From Actinomycetota bacterium (GTDB lineage: Bacteria > Actinomycetota > Thermoleophilia > Solirubrobacterales > 70-9): DNA of 64,000 nt. This document shows positions 8,741 through 17,973 of this stretch, piece after piece. Both the position numbers and the translations under genes were made by a program. Below the pieces are notes generated by a model that worked only from the letters and a program-made list of their open reading frames with translations, searched no databases and was not told where the DNA came from. The stretch's first letter is position 1. Each line of letters starts with the position of its first letter. The DNA lies in contig VGBV01000001.1 of assembly GCA_016870325.1 (NCBI GenBank), positions 3,349-67,348 of the forward strand. Direction: 5' to 3'.

Positions 8741-10200
8741 GCGAGCAGCCGCTGGGAGGCAGCGAACGGGTTGACGCGGTAGTGGTTGGCGCCCGCTGCG
8801 CCGGCTCGGCCGCCGCCGCGATGTTGGCGGACGCCGGCCGCAGCGTCATCGTGCTCGACCGCGCCCGGTTCCCGGCCGACACCCTCTCCACCCACGCGAT
8901 GTTCCCGGCGGGGTGCGCCGAGTTCCAGCGGATCGGGGCGCTGCCCCGGATCCTCGACGAGCTCGATCCGCCCCGGCTCACTCACATCCAAATGACGTTC
9001 GGGGGCGAGACCGGGACGCGCGAGCGCTGGGAGCCGGTGGACGGGATCGACTACGGCGTCTCGCTGCCGCGCAACCTGCTCGACGTGCTGCTGGTCGAGA
9101 ACGCGCGGGAGCGGGGTGCCGACATGCGCGAGGGCTGCTCGGTGCAGAGCGTCGACTTTGAGCACGGCCGGGCCGCCGGCGTCAGCTACACCGACGCCGA
9201 CGGCGAGCTGCGCAGGATCCGGGCCCGGCTCGTGATCGGCGCCGACGGGCGGCGCTCGACGGTGGCGGCCCAGGTCGGCGCCTGGCGCCCCTATCGCGTC
9301 TCGCGAAACGGCCGCGGCCTCGTCTTCCGCTACATGGGCGACCCCGCGGCCGAGCACTCCTGGCAGCGCCGGACGATGTGGCAGTGGCGGGACGAGGACT
9401 CGCTCGCCTTCGCCTTCCCCAATCCCAACGGTCGCGTGCTCGGCCTCTTCATGGGGGACGCCGACGAGGCCTCCGAGGCTCGCGCCGACCCCGAGGCCTA
9501 CTGGGAGCGCAAGCTCCGGCAGCATCCCGGCTTCGCCGAGCGGATCGCGGGAGCCACCGCGCAGACCAAGATCCGCTCGACAGGCGACGTCCAGGCCTAT
9601 TGGCGCGCCGCCAGCGGCCCGGGCTGGGTGCTCGCGGGGGACGCCAACCACTTCAAGGACCCGGTCACCGGCCAGGGGATGGGCGACGCGCTGCGGATGG
9701 GGCGCACCCTCGGAGAGGCGGTGGCCCCTCTGCTTGACGACTATGCGGCGACCGACGCGGCGGCCCGGCGCTGGGAGCACGAGACGACCCGGCACTGCCT
9801 GCACGCCTACCACTTCGCCAACTCCGACACGATCGTGCGCCCGGCGCCCGCCACGTTCCGCGAGGCGGTGCGCCTGCTCGGCCCCGACGGGCAGCCGGGA
9901 CTGAGCCACGTGATCGGCCGCACCCGCACCTTTCAGCAGGTGATCACGCCACGGCTGATGCTGCGGGCGATGGCCCGGGCGCTGCGGCACGGCCCCGACC
10001 GCGGCCGCATCCTGCGCGAGAGCCTCGCCGACGCGGCGACGGAGCTCCGCGTGCGCAGGGAGCTGGCGCGCGACGCGTTCCGCCCGGCCGGACCGGTGAC
10101 GGGCTCGGACCACCCGCCGCTCGAGTGGTGGCGAGCGCCGGCCGGCCCCCGGAGTCCGCAGCAGGACCCCATCCCTGAGCGTGAGCGGGCCCCGACTTGA
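8737..10200 (+). CDS. FAD-dependent oxidoreductase (geranylgeranyl-reductase / flavin monooxygenase-like)
   Basis: N-terminal dinucleotide fold VDAVVVGARCAGSAAAAMLADAGRSVIVLDR, and a second motif LVIGADGRRS. Confidence 0.8.
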   Translation: MSEQPLGGSERVDAVVVGARCAGSAAAAMLADAGRSVIVLDRARFPADTLSTHAMFPAGCAEFQRIGALPRILDELDPPRLTHIQMTFGGETGTRERWEPVDGIDYGVSLPRNLLDVLLVENARERGADMREGCSVQSVDFEHGRAAGVSYTDADGELRRIRARLVIGADGRRSTVAAQVGAWRPYRVSRNGRGLVFRYMGDPAAEHSWQRRTMWQWRDEDSLAFAFPNPNGRVLGLFMGDADEASEARADPEAYWERKLRQHPGFAERIAGATAQTKIRSTGDVQAYWRAASGPGWVLAGDANHFKDPVTGQGMGDALRMGRTLGEAVAPLLDDYAATDAAARRWEHETTRHCLHAYHFANSDTIVRPAPATFREAVRLLGPDGQPGLSHVIGRTRTFQQVITPRLMLRAMARALRHGPDRGRILRESLADAATELRVRRELARDAFRPAGPVTGSDHPPLEWWRAPAGPRSPQQDPIPERERAPT

Positions 10201-10211
10201 GCCGCGATCGC

Positions 10212-11231
10212 ATGCTGCGGCTGGCCGCCGTTCAGCCGGCGCTGAGCCTGGGCGACGTCGAGGGCAACCTCGCCCGGGTCGAGGGACTGATCCGCGACGC
10301 CCACCGCGAGCACTCGCCGCAGGTGATCACCGTGCCGGAGGCGATGACCTCGCCGAACGTGTTCTCGCCGCTGCTGCACGGGGTCGCGCGGCCCGTCGAC
10401 GGCCAGCCCTTCCAGCTGCTGGCGCGGCTGGCGCGAGAGCTCGACTGCGTGATCGGGGGCGGCTTCATCGCCACCCGCGGCCGCGACGCCTACGGCACCT
10501 ACGTGCTGGCCGAGCCCGACGGCAGCGCGCACCTCCACGACAAGGACATCCCCACGGTCTGGGAGCACAACTACTACCGCGGCGGCGACGACGAAGGCGT
10601 CGTCGATTCCACCGCGCTGGGGCGGGTCGGCCTCGCCTGCGGCTGGGAGTGGGCGCGCTGCGGCACCGCGCGCCGGCTTCGCGCCGGGCGGGTGCGGCTG
10701 CTGCTGGGCGGGATGTGCTGGCCGTCGTTTCCGCTCAACTGGGGGCCGTTGGAGCCGCTGATGCGCCGCGAGCGCGGCGTCCAGCGCCAGCTCGCGCGCG
10801 AACTGCCGCGCCAGGTCGCCCGCATGATCGGGGCGCCGGTCTCGATGCCCTCGCACGTCGGGGACGTCTCGGCGGCGGCGCCGCTGATGCCGGGCGTGCC
10901 CTGGACGACCGAGATGGTGGGCGAGACCCAGATCGTCGAGCGCGACGGGACCGTGCTCGCGCGCCTCACCTACGAGGACGGCGAGGGGCACGTCGGCGCC
11001 GAGGTCGCGCTGGCCGATCCCGAGCCGCTCGATCCCGTCCCCGACCGCTTCTGGATCCCGGTGATGCCGGCCTCGATCCACGCGGTCTGGAACCCCCTGA
11101 ACCTCCACGGCGCCCTCCGCTACCGCGCCATGCGCGCCCTCCGGCGCCACCGCTGGCAGCACGAGCCCCCGGCCGACCTGCCCGACTCGATTCCGGCGAG
11201 CAGCCCCAGCGAGCAGGTTCCCGCGCTTTGA
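10212..11231 (+). CDS. carbon-nitrogen hydrolase family protein (nitrilase/amidase superfamily)
   Basis: LRLAAVQPALSLGDVEGNLARVEGLIRDA..VITVPE (catalytic Glu region) and ACGWEW (Cys region). ATG 10212; TTG 10197, which overlaps the upstream stop, is an alternative start. Confidence 0.8.
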   Translation: MLRLAAVQPALSLGDVEGNLARVEGLIRDAHREHSPQVITVPEAMTSPNVFSPLLHGVARPVDGQPFQLLARLARELDCVIGGGFIATRGRDAYGTYVLAEPDGSAHLHDKDIPTVWEHNYYRGGDDEGVVDSTALGRVGLACGWEWARCGTARRLRAGRVRLLLGGMCWPSFPLNWGPLEPLMRRERGVQRQLARELPRQVARMIGAPVSMPSHVGDVSAAAPLMPGVPWTTEMVGETQIVERDGTVLARLTYEDGEGHVGAEVALADPEPLDPVPDRFWIPVMPASIHAVWNPLNLHGALRYRAMRALRRHRWQHEPPADLPDSIPASSPSEQVPAL

Positions 11232-11345
11232 ACGCCTGATTCCGAGTCAGACACTGAGCACGCGCGAAACCGGCGGAGGGCCACCCCGCACCGGGGCCGA
11301 GCGAGTTGCGGGAGGAGGCTTCCGAAGAGGCTGAGCTCGCGACCG

Positions 11346-12650
11346 CTACCAGCGGACGGGCAGCGTCTTCAGCTGGTTGAGGAAGGCGCTGACGGCGGGT
11401 TCGGGGGTGCCGGCCAGCTCCATCTGCGGGAAGCGCTTCAGCGTCTCCTCGAACAGGATCTTCAGCTCCAGGCGGGCGAGCGCGGCCCCGAGACAGAAGT
11501 GCCGCCCGCCGGCGCCGAAGGCCTGGTGCTCGGGGTTTCGCAACACGTCGAAGCGGTCGGGGTCCTCGTAGCGGGTCTCGTCGCGATTCGAGGACAGGTA
11601 CCACATCAGCACCTTGTCGCCCTCGTGCACCGGGCAACCGCCGATCTCGGCGTCCTCGGTCGCCGTGCGGCGGAAGTGCGCGAAGGCCGGGTACATGCGC
11701 AGGCACTCCTCGACCGCCCCCTCGATCAGCGAGGGGTCCTCGACGAGCTTGCGCATCTCCTCGGGGTGCTCGATCAGGGCGCGCATGCCGCTGCAGTAGG
11801 TGGCCTTGGTCGAGTCGTTGCCGGCCGCCGCGAGCAGGAAGAAGCCCATCACGATCTCGTGCTCATCGAGCTTGTCGCCGTCGATGTCGGCGTGGACGAG
11901 CACGCTCGTCAGGTCGTCGGTGGGGTTCTCGCGCCGCTCGGCGATCATCTCGCGGCAGCGCTCGAAGATCTTGGGGATGTCCTCGTCCAGGATCTGATCG
12001 ATCCCGCCGGGATTGAGGTCGTCGTCTCCGAACCCGAGGGTTGAGTTGACGAGCGTCGCCCACATCTCGTCGTCGGCCTCGGGGACGCCCAGGAAGCTCC
12101 CGATCACCCGCGAGACGACGGGTTGCGCCACGTCGGTGACCAGGTCGCACTCGCCCCGCTCGGCGACGCCGTCGAGCACATTGGCGGCGATCGCCCGGAT
12201 CACGTCCTCGTGCTCGGCGATGCGCTTGGGCGTGAATCCGCGCTGGAACAGCGCCTTCAGCCGGTCGTGCTTGGGCGGGTCCATGGCGATTAACATCGCC
12301 TGCTGCAGCTCCAGCGGCACGGCGTGAGTGAGGCCGCTGATCCCTCCCTTCCCCGATGAGTAGGTCTGCCAGTCGAGACTCACCTCGCGTATGTCGTCGG
12401 CGCGGGTCACCGACCAGAAGCCCTCCTCGTCGGGGTACTCGTTGATCTCGCTCCACTGCACAGGGCACTTGCCGCGCATCGCCTTGAACAGCTCGTGCGG
12501 TGGGCCGTTCTCCCAGATTTCGCGGTCGGTGACGGAGAGCGCCTCGAGCTCGGCGACGCTGAGCTCGTCGGCGCTCTTCGCGGCGAGCTCGGCGGGATCG
12601 GGCTTGTGCTCGGTCAGCTCGCGCTTGCTGTCTGGGCGCGCTGCGATCAC
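11346..12650 (-). CDS. cytochrome P450
   Basis: Haem-binding loop FGAGGRHFCLGAALAR, an ExxR region and the I-helix AAAGNDST. The start is uncertain: GTG 12650 is chosen because the maximal ATG 12728 would collide with the divergent gene's ATG. Confidence 0.9.
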   Translation of the reverse strand: MIAARPDSKRELTEHKPDPAELAAKSADELSVAELEALSVTDREIWENGPPHELFKAMRGKCPVQWSEINEYPDEEGFWSVTRADDIREVSLDWQTYSSGKGGISGLTHAVPLELQQAMLIAMDPPKHDRLKALFQRGFTPKRIAEHEDVIRAIAANVLDGVAERGECDLVTDVAQPVVSRVIGSFLGVPEADDEMWATLVNSTLGFGDDDLNPGGIDQILDEDIPKIFERCREMIAERRENPTDDLTSVLVHADIDGDKLDEHEIVMGFFLLAAAGNDSTKATYCSGMRALIEHPEEMRKLVEDPSLIEGAVEECLRMYPAFAHFRRTATEDAEIGGCPVHEGDKVLMWYLSSNRDETRYEDPDRFDVLRNPEHQAFGAGGRHFCLGAALARLELKILFEETLKRFPQMELAGTPEPAVSAFLNQLKTLPVRW

Positions 12651-12727
12651 AGGACAATACTGGCTGGCCAGTGTGCGCCGTGACCCCCGGCTGCCTTTAT
12701 CGCACCCGTGACGTAGGGTCCGTCGCA

Positions 12728-13510
12728 ATGGAGGGAATCCGCAGAGAACGCCGGGGGCAGGTCTTGGAGGTGACGATCGATCGCCCCAAGGCGAACGCGA
12801 TCGACGCGGCCACCAGCCGCGAGCTCGGCCGGGCCTTCACCGAGTTCAGGGACGACCCGGGGCTCGCGGTCGCGATCGTGACCGGGGCCGGCGAGCGCTT
12901 CTTTTCGGCCGGGTGGGACCTGAAGGCCGAGGCGGCGCAGACCGGCGGGCCCGAGGACTACGGCCCCGGGGGCTTCGGCGGGCTGACCGAGATGTTCGAC
13001 CTGCAGAAACCCGTGATCGCGGCCGTCAACGGCTGGGCGGCCGGGGGAGGGCTCGAGATCGCGCTCGCCTGCGACCTGATCGTGGCCGCCGAGGGCGTCC
13101 GCTTCGCGCTGCCCGAGGTCAGGCGGGGCCTCGTACCCGACGCCGGCGGGGTGCTGCGACTGCCCGAGCGCCTGCCGCGCGCGCTGGCGATGGAGATGCT
13201 GCTGACCGGGCGCGAGATGGACGCCGCCGAGGCGCACGAGCGCGGGCTCGTCAACCGCGTCGTCGCGCCGGGCGAGCTGATGGCCGAGGCGCGCTCGCTG
13301 GCCGAGCGGATCGCGAGCGCGGCGCCGCTGGCGGTCCGGGCCGTGAAGGCGATCGTCGCCGCGACCGAGGGGATCCCGGTCCGCGACGGCTACGAGCTGC
13401 TGCGCCAGGGTGGGGTCCCCGCCTATGACCGCTCGAACTCCTCCCAGGACGCGACCGAGGGCCCCCGGGCCTTCGCCGAGGGGCGCGAGCCGGAGTGGAA
13501 GGGCGAGTGA
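12728..13510 (+). CDS. enoyl-CoA hydratase / carnitinyl-CoA dehydratase (crotonase family)
   Basis: VTIDRPKANAID, FSAGWDL, VNGWAAGGGLEIALACD, and a C-terminal EGPRAFAEGREPEW. Confidence 0.9.
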   Translation: MEGIRRERRGQVLEVTIDRPKANAIDAATSRELGRAFTEFRDDPGLAVAIVTGAGERFFSAGWDLKAEAAQTGGPEDYGPGGFGGLTEMFDLQKPVIAAVNGWAAGGGLEIALACDLIVAAEGVRFALPEVRRGLVPDAGGVLRLPERLPRALAMEMLLTGREMDAAEAHERGLVNRVVAPGELMAEARSLAERIASAAPLAVRAVKAIVAATEGIPVRDGYELLRQGGVPAYDRSNSSQDATEGPRAFAEGREPEWKGE

Positions 13511-14313
13511 CGGGCGTGCTCTCCCCCGAAGCGAACGCGGGCAGGGTGGCCCTGGTCACCGGCGGCGGCACCGGGATCGGGGCCGCGGCGGCCCGCGCCC
13601 TCGCCGCCAGCGGGGCCGCGATCGTGATCTGCGGGCGCCGGCCCGAGCCGCTCGAGGCCGTGCGCGCCGAGCTCGAGGCGGGCGGCGCCGGCTGCCTCGC
13701 GGTCCCCTGTGACATCCGCGAGCCCGCAGAGGTCGAAGCGCTGGTCGGCGCCGCGCTCGACCGCTTTGAGCGGGTCGACGTCCTCTTCAACAACGCCGCC
13801 GGCCAATTCGAGGCCCAGGCCGAGGACGTCTCCCCCAAGGGCTGGCGGGCCGTCCACAGGCTCACCGTCGATGCCGCCTGGGAGCTGACCCACCAGGTGG
13901 CGACGCGCTCGATGATCCCCCGGCGCGGCGGGCTGGTCGTCTTCAACGGCTTCTCGCCGCGTCGGGGCATCCCGGGCTTCGCCCACGCGACCGCGGCCCG
14001 CGCGGCGCTCGAGAACCTCGCCTCGGGGCTGGCCATGGAGTGGAGCCGCTACGGGATCCGCTCGGTCTGCCTCGCGATCGGGAACATCGAGACCGAGGGG
14101 CTCGAGGGCTACGGCCCCGAGTCGCTGGAGGCGTCGCGCCGCCAGGTGCCGCTGGGCCGGCTCGGCCGCCCCGAGGAGGTCGGCGAGGTCGTCGCCTTCC
14201 TCGCCTCGGACGGCGGCGCCTACATCACCGGCACCACGATCGTGATCGACGGCGGGGTGGATGCCTGGGGCCAGGGCGAGCCGCCGCCCCCGCCTGAGCC
14301 GCCCCCCGCCTGA
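13507..14313 (+). CDS. SDR-family oxidoreductase (enoyl/dienoyl-CoA reductase-like)
   Basis: VALVTGGGTGIGAA cofactor motif, NNAAG, and C-terminal YITGTTIVIDGG. GTG 13507 overlaps the upstream TGA (GTGA). Confidence 0.88.
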   Translation: MTGVLSPEANAGRVALVTGGGTGIGAAAARALAASGAAIVICGRRPEPLEAVRAELEAGGAGCLAVPCDIREPAEVEALVGAALDRFERVDVLFNNAAGQFEAQAEDVSPKGWRAVHRLTVDAAWELTHQVATRSMIPRRGGLVVFNGFSPRRGIPGFAHATAARAALENLASGLAMEWSRYGIRSVCLAIGNIETEGLEGYGPESLEASRRQVPLGRLGRPEEVGEVVAFLASDGGAYITGTTIVIDGGVDAWGQGEPPPPPEPPPA

Positions 14314-14349
14314 GCGGCCGGCCCCGCCCTCGCCTGGCAAGCTTGCGCG

Positions 14350-14703
14350 ATGGCGAAGAAGCGCAGGCAGCGCCGCCGCGAGCGCGAGCCGGCCCCGGTG
14401 GCGGACTACACCGATCCCGAGGGAGACGTGCTGCGCCTGCGCTGCTCGCTCAGCGCCAAGACGATCGCAAAGATCGGGGAGGGGCCGGCAACGGCCGCGA
14501 CCTCGGCCGACGACGCCTGGCGCCGGCGGGAGGAGATGCTGTTCGAGCGCCTCGCGGTGAGCTGGGAGATCGCCGGGCTCGAGCCCCTGACCGACCAGGC
14601 GATGCTGCTCGGCCGCTATCGCATGGCGGACTCGGGGACCCAGCGCTGGGTGCGCGAGACGATGGCGGCCCACCTCGAACAGCACATCCCCGAGCTGGCC
14701 TGA
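14350..14703 (+). CDS. hypothetical protein with a basic N-terminus
   Basis: ATG ORF of 117 aa with non-shadow composition. No family recognised. Confidence 0.5.
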   Translation: MAKKRRQRRREREPAPVADYTDPEGDVLRLRCSLSAKTIAKIGEGPATAATSADDAWRRREEMLFERLAVSWEIAGLEPLTDQAMLLGRYRMADSGTQRWVRETMAAHLEQHIPELA

Positions 14704-14719
14704 CCCCGAGCGGACGGGC

Positions 14720-15580
14720 TCAGGCGGCGGCGAGCAGCCGCTCGGCGAGGCGGTTCATGCCGCGCTCGCGCGCGGCCCTGGCGGCCGAGCGGTAGTCGGT
14801 GCGCTTGCTGCGCGGCCGGCCGACCTTGACCGGCTGCAGCTCGGCGATCCGCTTGAAGGCGAGCAGCTCCTCGCGCTGCTCGGTCAGCGCCTGGCGCAGC
14901 TTCGGGCGCGTCTCGCGGAAGGCGCCGTCGAGTATGGCCTCGAGCGAGCCGTGCTTCCGCAGCAGCTCGGCCGCTCCCTTCTCGCCGACCCCCTTCGCCC
15001 CCGGGAGCCCGTCGGAGGGATCGCCGCGCAGGGCGATGAAGTCGGGCACGAGCGCGGGCGGGAGGCCGTAGCGCTCCTTGACCTCGGCCGGGCCGATCAG
15101 CTCGCCCCCCTGCTTGCCGGTGCTGACGTAGAGAACCTTGGTCTTGGCGGTCGCGCACTGGAACAGGTCGCGGTCCCCGGTCATCACCAGCGTGCGCCCG
15201 CCCGCCTTCTCCTCCTTGGCGGCGTATGAGCCCAGCAGGTCGTCGGCCTCGAGCGAGTCGTGGTCGGCGACGGTCCAGCCGAAGGCCGAGAAGAAGTCGC
15301 CCGAGTCCTCCCATTGCGGTCCGAGCTCGTCGGGGAAGGCGGCCTCGCGGTCGGCGTGGTAGGCGGGGTAGAGCTCGACCCGGTAGGCGGCGGCGTCGGG
15401 GCCGAAGCAGAGCACCACCGCGCGCGGCTTGTGCTTCTCGACCTCGCGCAGGATCAGGTTGGCCGAGCCCAGCAGCGCGTTCACGGGCCTGCCGTCGGGC
15501 CCCTTGATCGAGGACGGGAGCGCGTAGAAGGCGCGGAACAGCATCGAGGGGGTGTCGACTGCGAGCAGGGGGCCGACCAC
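14720..15580 (-). CDS. 5'-3' exonuclease (FEN / Pol I N-terminal domain-like)
   Basis: LLAVDTPSMLFRAFYAL, SLEADDLLG, VMTGDRDLFQ and the H3TH motif LRGDPSDGLPGAKGVGEKGAAELL. Confidence 0.9.
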   Translation of the reverse strand: MVGPLLAVDTPSMLFRAFYALPSSIKGPDGRPVNALLGSANLILREVEKHKPRAVVLCFGPDAAAYRVELYPAYHADREAAFPDELGPQWEDSGDFFSAFGWTVADHDSLEADDLLGSYAAKEEKAGGRTLVMTGDRDLFQCATAKTKVLYVSTGKQGGELIGPAEVKERYGLPPALVPDFIALRGDPSDGLPGAKGVGEKGAAELLRKHGSLEAILDGAFRETRPKLRQALTEQREELLAFKRIAELQPVKVGRPRSKRTDYRSAARAARERGMNRLAERLLAAA

Positions 15581-15589
15581 CGCGCCACC

Positions 15590-16372
15590 GTACCGGTCGT
15601 CGGTGCCGCGGCGGGGGCGCCGATAGCGTGCGCTCGGAGATGACCGAGCACCTGCTCGTGGCGGCGGTCGTGCCGCCGGTGCCGGCGCCGCCGAGCTCGA
15701 TCGCGCTCAGCACGCTCTGCCGGTCGAGCGGTGTCTGGTCGAGGTCCGGCCCCACCGTGCCCTCGGTCCCGGCCTCCGAGAAGGTGTGACAGGAGCCGCG
15801 TTGCCTGTGAACAGCTCGCGCCCCTGCTCGGCCTCGGGCGAGAGCGGCTTCTCGGCGACCGCGGCCGGCGCCACGTCGGGGCGGGTCGGGAGCATCCGGT
15901 CGAGCGCGATGAAGGCGCCGGGCAGCAGCACCGCGACCGTGACCGCGAGGCTCGCGAGCCCGAGCTGGCGCGGGTCGACCAGGAAGGGCTCCGAGTCGTT
16001 CGCCCGCCGGCGACCGCGCACGGACTGGATCACGTTGTAGGCGAACACGAGCTGGCCCAGCGCCATCAGCAGCACGAACGGGACCGACAGCAGGGTCAGC
16101 GTGTCGTGGGCCTCGGGCAGGACCGAGAAGCGGTGCGGGCCCCCGTTCAGTCCCTGGATGTACCAGATGATCGCGTTGCCGTAGCCGCCGATCATCGTCA
16201 TCCACAGGTGCCACCAGCCCAACCGCCGCGAGTACCTGGGTTTCTTGATCAGCTCCGGCAGCAAGGCGTAGGCGGCGCCGAAGATGACGGCGCCGATGAG
16301 CAGCGCCATGTGTGGAAGTGGCCGACGATCCAGAGCGTGTTGTGGATGTCGACGTTGAGCGCGTGCCGGCGG
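15590..16372 (-). pseudogene. haem-copper oxidase subunit I C-terminal remnant with a decayed cytochrome c tail
   Basis: Minus-strand reading gives LNVDIHNTLWIVGHFHMALLIGAVIFG (helix-X His ligands) plus further TM segments. It is followed by ELFTGN and, in another frame, GSCHTFSEAGTEGTVGPDLD (first Cys of CxxCH lost). Homology stops at the IS-end fragment at 16363. Confidence 0.7.
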
Positions 16373-16447
16373 ATATCGTCTTCGGCGCCCGCAAGATGGG
16401 GAGCGTGGGATGAGGCCGAGTTGTTGGGGCAACTCGGGAATAGGACG
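16363..16447 (+). mobile_element. IS remnant copy B: terminal ~85 bp of the same IS end
   Basis: GTGCCGGCGGATATCGTCTTCGGCGCCCGCAAGATGGGGAGCGTGGGATGAGGCCGAGTTGTTGGGGCAACTCGGGAATAGGACG. By eye there are 3-4 differences from 7870-7955. Confidence 0.75.
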
Positions 16448-16523
16448 CTCTAGCCAGAAAAAATCCGACCGCGCGGGCCGAGATTACGCAGGGACGTTCG
16501 ACCGCGAACGGCCTCCCGGAGCC

Positions 16524-17894
16524 TCAGTAGCTGGTCGAGGTGTGGACCTTCTTGCGCTCGGACTCGTGCATGCCGCCCTTCTTGGCGAGGACCTCGCAGG
16601 CCTCGGCGAGGTCGTCGCCGAGCTTCTCGGCGAGCGCGTAGGGGAGCGTCAGCTTGACCAGCGCGCGCATCAGCTTCACGTCCTGGGCGTTGGGGGGCAG
16701 GTGATAGGCCGGGACCATCCAGCCGCGCACGGCCGCGAGCTGCGAGGCGAGGTCGAACTCGTCGTAGGGGTGATCCCCCTTTAGCCTCCAGGCGACCAGC
16801 GGCAGCTGCTCGCCCGAGCCGAGCTCCTCGAACTCCCCGATCGCCATGACCCGCTCCGCCAGCGCATCGCGGTTCGTCTGCATCACCTTCATCAGGTACT
16901 CGTAGCCTGAGCGGCCGAAGCGGATGAAGTTGTAGTACTGGGCCAGCACCATCGCCGAGCCCGTCGAGAAGTTGAGCGTGAAGGTGGCGTCGCGCTTGCC
17001 GAGGTAGTCCTCGTAGAAGACCAGGTCTTCCGGCAGGCAGTCCTTGTCGCGGAAGATGAGCCAGCCGATCCCCGGGAAGACGAGTCCGAACTTGTGGCCC
17101 GAGGCGTTGATCGAGCGCACCTGCTCGAGCCGGAAGTCCCATTCGCTGTCGGGATGGAGGAAGGGCCAGACGAACGCGCCGCTGGCGCCGTCCACGTGCA
17201 GGGGGATGTCCCAGCCGTGCTTCTCCTTCGTCTCCACCAGCAGCTTGTTGATGCCGACCACGTCGTCGGCGTGGCCGGTGAAGGTGGTGCCGACCACGGC
17301 GGCCACGCCGATCGTGTGCTCGTCCAGATGCTGCTCCACGTCCTCGGGGCCGATCACGAGCTTGTCCTCCTGCAGCGGCACGATCCGCGGCTCGACGTCG
17401 AAGTAGCGGCAGAACTTCTCCCAGACGACGTGCACGTCGCCGCCGAAGATCAGGTTCGGCTTCTCTGCGCCCTTCTTCTCGGCCTCGCGGCGCTGCCGCC
17501 ACTTCCACTTCATCGCCAGCGCGCCGAGCATGATCGCCTCGCTCGACCCCTGCGTGCGCGCGCCCGTCGTCTCGTCGGGAGCGTTGAAGAGGTTGGCGAG
17601 CATGCGGATGCAGCGCTGCTCGATCTCGGCCGTCTGCGGGTACTCGGCGTGGTCGATGAAGTTCCGGTGCAGGTTCTCGGCGATCAGTGCCCGCACGTCG
17701 GGCCCCATCCAGGTGGTGACGAAGGTCGCGAGGTTGCGCTCCGGCTCGCTGTCGAGCAGCAGCTCCTCCTCGATCAGCAGGCGCGCGTCCTGCGGGGCCA
17801 TCCCCTCGAGCGGGATCTCGTCGTCGGGCGCCGCCTCGGCGAGGAAGGCCCCGCGATGCATGCTCGGCGGGAACTCGGGCATCCGGTCCGTCAT
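16524..17894 (-). CDS. gad: glutamate decarboxylase (PLP-dependent, group II)
   Basis: 456 aa from ATG 17894. NLATFVTTWM, EYPQTAEIEQRCI, INASGHKFGLVFPGIGW (PLP Lys) and the C-terminal tail HTSTSY are typical of GadA/B-type enzymes. Confidence 0.92.
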   Translation of the reverse strand: MTDRMPEFPPSMHRGAFLAEAAPDDEIPLEGMAPQDARLLIEEELLLDSEPERNLATFVTTWMGPDVRALIAENLHRNFIDHAEYPQTAEIEQRCIRMLANLFNAPDETTGARTQGSSEAIMLGALAMKWKWRQRREAEKKGAEKPNLIFGGDVHVVWEKFCRYFDVEPRIVPLQEDKLVIGPEDVEQHLDEHTIGVAAVVGTTFTGHADDVVGINKLLVETKEKHGWDIPLHVDGASGAFVWPFLHPDSEWDFRLEQVRSINASGHKFGLVFPGIGWLIFRDKDCLPEDLVFYEDYLGKRDATFTLNFSTGSAMVLAQYYNFIRFGRSGYEYLMKVMQTNRDALAERVMAIGEFEELGSGEQLPLVAWRLKGDHPYDEFDLASQLAAVRGWMVPAYHLPPNAQDVKLMRALVKLTLPYALAEKLGDDLAEACEVLAKKGGMHESERKKVHTSTSY

Positions 17895-17973
17895 GGATAA
17901 GCACCCTAACCCGCTCGCCGTCCCGGCACCGCCCCGGTTAGGTGGTTTACTGCCGGGACCTATTCGGCGAGAG
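17895..17973. promoter_or_regulatory. divergent gad / ion-channel control region with a 7-bp inverted repeat
   Basis: A 79-bp spacer lies between the two start codons. It contains CCTAACC (17905-17911) and GGTTAGG (17936-17942). No consensus promoter hexamers were recognised. Confidence 0.3.

Noticed and set aside
17893-17895. ATG 17893 as the start of the ion-channel gene.
   Set aside because: It would overlap the gad start codon base-for-base on the opposite strand (CATG) and add about 27 non-signal-like residues. TTG 17974 gives a canonical signal peptide. The start remains uncertain.
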